DNA of 32,000 nucleotides from Mycobacterium tuberculosis H37Rv (GTDB lineage Bacteria; Actinomycetota; Actinomycetes; Mycobacteriales; Mycobacteriaceae): NCBI RefSeq assembly GCF_000195955.2, contig NC_000962.3, positions 90,001 to 122,000 of the forward strand, read 5' to 3'. Shown piece by piece: positions 27,688 to 32,000 of this stretch (position 1 is its first letter; each line of letters starts with the position of its first letter). The notes under the pieces were generated by a model. It saw only the letters and a program-made list of their open reading frames with translations, ran no database searches and was not told where the DNA came from. The position numbers and the translations under genes were made by a program.

Positions 27688-27713
27688 CTGACGCGCGGCC
27701 GTAAGCTCCAGGA

Positions 27714-29699
27714 ATGGGGACGCACGGGGCTACCAAGAGTGCGACGTCGGCTGTGCCAACGCCCCGGTCGAACTCCATGGCGATGGTACGGCTGGCAATT
27801 GGCCTGCTGGGTGTGTGCGCGGTGGTCGCGGCCTTCGGGCTGGTGTCGGGAGCGCGCCGCTACGCTGAGGCCGGCAATCCCTATCCGGGCGCCTTCGTCA
27901 GCGTCGCCGAGCCGGTCGGGTTCTTCGCCGCGTCGCTGGCCGGTGCGCTGTGTCTGGGCGCGCTGATCCACGTGGTCATGACGGCCAAACCCGAGCCGGA
28001 TGGCTTAATCGACGCCGCGGCGTTCCGGATTCACCTGCTGGCAGAACGTGTTTCAGGTCTCTGGTTGGGGCTAGCCGCGACCATGGTGGTCATTCAGGCC
28101 GCCCACGATACTGGAGTGGGGCCCGCGAGACTGCTGGCTAGTGGGGCACTATCGGACTCCGTCGCCGCCTCCGAGATGGCACGCGGGTGGATTGTTGCGG
28201 CGATCTGCGCGCTGGTGGTTGCGACGGCGCTGCGGCTGTACACTCGCTGGCTCGGGCACGTTGTGCTGCTTGTCCCCACTGTGCTTGCCGTCGTCGCCAC
28301 CGCGGTGACCGGTAACCCGGGACAGGGACCCGACCATGACTACGCGACCAGCGCCGCGATCGTGTTCGCGGTCGCGTTCGCCACCTTGACCGGGCTCAAG
28401 ATCGCTGCGGCGTTGGCGGGAACGACGCCAAGCCGCGCTGTGCTGGTAACGCAGGTCACCTGTGGAGCGCTCGCGTTGGCATACGGAGCGATGCTGCTTT
28501 ATCTCTTCATCCCGGGCTGGGCGGTCGATTCGGATTTTGCCCGCCTTGGTCTGCTTGCGGGGGTAATCCTGACGTCGGTGTGGTTGTTTGACTGCTGGCG
28601 GCTGTTGGTCAGGCCGCCACATGCGGGCCGTCGCCGCGGTGGTGGCTCCGGTGCCGCACTGGCCATGATGGCCGCCATGGCTTCGATAGCTGCCATGGCC
28701 GTTATGACCGCGCCGCGATTTCTCACCCACGCGTTCACGGCTTGGGATGTCTTCCTCGGCTATGAACTGCCGCAACCGCCGACCATAGCCCGGGTGCTCA
28801 CCGTGTGGCGCTTCGATAGCCTGATCGGAGCCGCTGGTGTGGTTCTCGCGATCGGGTATGCGGCGGGCTTCGCCGCGCTGCGGCGCCGAGGTAACTCTTG
28901 GCCGGTGGGCAGATTGATCGCCTGGCTGACTGGTTGCGCCGCACTGGTATTCACCAGCGGCTCCGGTGTACGGGCCTATGGTTCGGCGATGTTCAGCGTC
29001 CACATGGCCGAACACATGACACTGAACATGTTCATCCCGGTCCTGTTGGTGCTCGGTGGCCCGGTCACGCTGGCGCTGCGGGTGCTGCCGGTAACGGGTG
29101 ATGGACGGCCGCCGGGGGCTCGCGAATGGCTGACCTGGCTGCTGCACTCCCGGGTGACAACTTTCCTGTCGCACCCGATCACCGCATTCGTCCTCTTTGT
29201 GGCCTCGCCCTATATCGTCTATTTCACACCGCTGTTCGATACCTTCGTCCGCTATCACTGGGGCCACGAGTTCATGGCGATCCATTTCCTGGTGGTCGGG
29301 TACTTGTTCTACTGGGCGATCATCGGCATCGACCCAGGGCCGCGCCGACTGCCCTACCCGGGCCGGATCGGGCTGTTGTTCGCGGTGATGCCGTTCCACG
29401 CCTTCTTCGGGATCGCGCTGATGACGATGTCGTCTACGGTGGGCGCTACGTTCTATCGTTCCGTCAATCTGCCGTGGTTGTCGAGCATCATCGCCGACCA
29501 GCATCTCGGCGGTGGAATTGCTTGGAGCCTAACGGAATTGCCGGTCATCATGGTCATCGTGGCGCTGGTTACCCAATGGGCGCGCCAAGACCGCCGAGTC
29601 GCGTCCCGCGAAGACCGGCATGCCGACAGCGACTACGCCGACGACGAGCTGGAAGCCTACAACGCGATGCTTCGCGAGTTGTCGCGAATGCGGCGCTGA
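27714..29699 (+). CDS. polytopic membrane protein: N-terminal CopD-like half fused to a C-terminal CtaG-type (caa3_CtaG) cytochrome oxidase assembly factor-like half (661 aa, Rv0102-like)
   Basis: About 14 or more hydrophobic helices. The C-terminal half has His-rich TM motifs typical of Bacillus-type CtaG ([65 protein letters not shown]). The CopD-like assignment of the N-terminal half is from recollection of domain annotation and is less certain. An alternative start is the in-frame ATG beginning MAMVRLAIG (about nt 27777). Confidence 0.8.
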
Positions 29700-29914
29700 A
29701 TGTGCAGATGATTTTGGAAGCGGTTGGCGTATCTGCCCGTGCTCGGCTACACCAGGACCGCGGGGCGCTGGCACGCGAACGATCCGGCGAGGAGGTGGGC
29801 CAGCCGGAGATTCCCTCCACAGGCTGCAGCAGAAGTCCTGGATCTGACCCCGACCTGAACCCTTGTCAGTGCGGTCCATCGACGGAAAATTGCTGTTCCG
29901 CCATGCTGGGCATG

Positions 29915-32000
29915 CTATTGAGCGCCAAAATTGCGTAGCCGCAAGCTGTTTGACACGACGAAAAATGACGAGAACGCCATGGCGGCACCGGCGATCAAAG
30001 GGTTGAGCAGTCCGGCGGCGGCAATCGGGATGGCTGCGACGTTGTACCCGAACGCCCAGATCATGTTCATCCGGATCGTCCGCATGGTTGCACGGGCCAG
30101 GTCCAGCGCCTGCGGAACAGTATTCAGATCATCGCGCACCAGAATGATGTCGGCTGCACCGAGCGCGACGTCGGTGCCACGCCCGATCGCCAACCCCAAG
30201 TCGGCACCCACCAACGCGGGACCGTCGTTGATGCCGTCACCGACCATGGCGACGGTATGTCCTTCCTCGCGGAGCCGTTGGATCACGTCGACCTTGCCTT
30301 CGGGCAGCATATCGGCGACAGCGGAGTCGATGCCGACCTGCGCCGCCACCGCGTCGGCGGCGGCCCGATTGTCGCCGGTGAGCAGAATCGTCCGCAGCCC
30401 GCGGCTGCGTAGCGCAGCGACGGCGGCAGCCGCTGAATCCTTGAGGGTGTCGGCGATTGTCAGGGCTGCGCGGACGACACCGTCGACCGACACAAAAACG
30501 ACAGTCTCGCCTCGGGATTCGCCGTCCAGGCGCGCGGACACCAGAGCCGCGTCGTGGCAGGGCGTGGTCCGGGTAATCCAGGATGGCTTGCCGACCTCAA
30601 CGTGATGGCCGCCGACTTCCCCCGATACACCGCAGCCCGCGACGGCGACAAACCCGTTGACTGGACCCGGATCCGGCGAAGCGGCAACGATGGCCGCCGC
30701 CATCGCATGCTCGGAAGCCGATTCGACAGCGGCGGCGAGGCCAAGCACTTCCTCGCGATCTCGCTCGCTGGTGCCTGAACCTGCCATTGTTACGGTGCTC
30801 ACCGCCAGCTGCCCAACCGTCAACGTGCCGGTCTTGTCGAACACCACGGTGTCGATGCTCCGGATGGTTTCCAGTGCCCGGTACCCCTTGATAAAGATCC
30901 CTAGCTGCGCTCCCCGTCCGGAAGCAACCATCATGGCGGTAGGTGTCGCGAGCCCAAGCGCACACGGGCACGCGATCACCAACACCCCTAGCGTGACCGA
31001 GAACGCGCGATCCGCGCCTGCGCCGCTGACGAGCCAGGCCGCACCTGCAAGTCCAGCAATGACGAAAACCACCGGCACGAACACGCCCGCGATGTGGTCG
31101 GCGAGGCGCTGGGCACGCGCCTTCTGCGTCTGGGCTTGCTCCACGAGGCGGACCATCGCGGCGAACTGGGTATCGGCCCCTACCGCGGTGGCCTCGATGA
31201 CCAGGCGGCCGTCCATCACGACCGTGCCCCCCACGACCGAGGCCGCCGGATAGGCACGGACCGGCTTGGCCTCACCGGTCATGGCGCTCATATCGATCGC
31301 CGCGCTGCCGTCGACAACGACTCCGTCAGCTGCGATGGTTTCCCCCGGCCGCGTCACGAAGCGCTGGCGCTTCTTGAGTTCGCTCGCCGGTATCACTAGC
31401 TCCGCGCCGTCGGGCAGCAGCACCGCCACATTCTTGGCGCCTAGCTCCGCCAGCGCACGCAGCGCGCTGCCGGCCTTGGACTTGGCTCGTGCTTCAAAGT
31501 AACGACCGGCAAGAACGAAGACGGTCACACCGGCCGCGACCTCGAGGTAGATCGAGTCGCTGTTGAGAATGGCCCGCCAGATTCCCGAGCCTTCCCGTGG
31601 CGGCTGATCGCCGAAGACGGACGAAAGCGACCAGGCGGTGGCGGCCACGATCCCGACCGAGATCAGCGTTTCCATGGATGTCGTCCGGTGGCGCGCGTTT
31701 CGCAGCGCGACCGAGTGGAAGGGCCATGCGGCCCAGGTCACAACCGGAGCGGCCAGGGCCGTCAATATGTATCCCCAGCCGGGAACCCTGGCGCTGGGGA
31801 CGATCGCGAACAACGTCGACAGGTCAGCCAGCGGCACGAACAACACCGCCGCGACTAGCAGCCGCCGCAGCAGTCTGCGGGCGTGGGCGCCGTCGGGATC
31901 CTTTGTCCGTTTGTCTAGGACGGTTGTCTCGGTGTGCGGTGCCGCGTGGTATCCGGCTTTCTCGACCACCCCGCACAGCTCATCGGCTGCCATGCCCACG
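29915..32000 (-). CDS. ctpB: P1B-1-type Cu(I)-transporting ATPase, paralogue of ctpA; N-terminus (HMA start) lies beyond the window end
   Basis: Stop TAG (reverse complement) at 29915-29917. Motifs: [39 protein letters not shown] and [16 protein letters not shown]. The ORF runs off the window; the visible start ...[16 protein letters not shown] is the tail of the HMA domain. Confidence 0.93.
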   Translation of the reverse strand, partial: VGMAADELCGVVEKAGYHAAPHTETTVLDKRTKDPDGAHARRLLRRLLVAAVLFVPLADLSTLFAIVPSARVPGWGYILTALAAPVVTWAAWPFHSVALRNARHRTTSMETLISVGIVAATAWSLSSVFGDQPPREGSGIWRAILNSDSIYLEVAAGVTVFVLAGRYFEARAKSKAGSALRALAELGAKNVAVLLPDGAELVIPASELKKRQRFVTRPGETIAADGVVVDGSAAIDMSAMTGEAKPVRAYPAASVVGGTVVMDGRLVIEATAVGADTQFAAMVRLVEQAQTQKARAQRLADHIAGVFVPVVFVIAGLAGAAWLVSGAGADRAFSVTLGVLVIACPCALGLATPTAMMVASGRGAQLGIFIKGYRALETIRSIDTVVFDKTGTLTVGQLAVSTVTMAGSGTSERDREEVLGLAAAVESASEHAMAAAIVAASPDPGPVNGFVAVAGCGVSGEVGGHHVEVGKPSWITRTTPCHDAALVSARLDGESRGETVVFVSVDGVVRAALTIADTLKDSAAAAVAALRSRGLRTILLTGDNRAAADAVAAQVGIDSAVADMLPEGKVDVIQRLREEGHTVAMVGDGINDGPALVGADLGLAIGRGTDVALGAADIILVRDDLNTVPQALDLARATMRTIRMNMIWAFGYNVAAIPIAAAGLLNPLIAGAAMAFSSFFVVSNSLRLRNFGAQ

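Noticed and set aside
27652..27690. GGGAAC upstream of the CopD/CtaG-like gene as a second copy of the putative ECF promoter seen before PPE1.
   Set aside because: The spacing to the following CCGA element is 13 nt versus 16-17 nt at PPE1. The hexamer is also one arm of a hairpin, so the resemblance is probably coincidental.
1..32000. Search for CRISPR arrays, tRNA/rRNA genes, IS transposases, integrases or defence-system hallmarks.
   Set aside because: No regularly spaced direct repeats, no cloverleaf-like or rRNA-like segments, and no DDE/tyrosine/serine recombinase motifs were seen. The only mobile-type element is the degenerate REP13E12 repeat.

Overview
High-GC actinobacterial DNA. From memory (no search was run) the gene order and signature families (PPE protein, REP13E12 repeat, ctpA/ctpB, nrp) match the Mycobacterium tuberculosis complex locus Rv0082-Rv0103c, so most genes here are already annotated. 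Layout: (1) 2-6892, a translationally coupled six-gene operon for a complex-I / group-4-hydrogenase-like membrane complex (Rv0082-like, Rv0083-like, hycD, hycP, hycQ, hycE). Its 'large subunit' has only one cysteine in 492 aa, so it cannot bind a canonical NiFe site. (2) 6.9-10.5 kb, an SRPBCC protein, a SAM methyltransferase, a membrane protein and the MTA/SAH nucleosidase mtn. A ~65-nt intergenic module is duplicated on both sides of the SRPBCC gene. (3) 10.6-13.7 kb, the Cu(I) P1B-ATPase ctpA, converging on and overlapping an orphan zinc-finger (HxxxCxxC) membrane anti-sigma factor. (4) 13.7-15.2 kb, a REP13E12 (DUF222/HNH) repeat whose gene is broken by two frameshifts. (5) 15.3-27.5 kb, the most unusual system: a tightly packed operon PPE1 - Fe/2OG oxygenase - hotdog thioesterase (fcoT) - fatty acyl-AMP ligase (fadD10) - ACP - bimodular NRPS with terminal reductase (nrp). 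This is the isonitrile-lipopeptide (copper chalkophore-type) pathway. Hand-extracted A-domain codes suggest a basic residue (Lys-like) followed by Phe. (6) 27.7-32.0 kb, a CopD-like/CtaG-like fusion membrane protein and ctpB, an inverted paralogue of ctpA. About two thirds of the window therefore reads as a copper acquisition and handling neighbourhood. No rRNA, tRNA, CRISPR array, transposase or integrase was recognised. The many long antisense ORFs in the track are GC-rich shadow frames.
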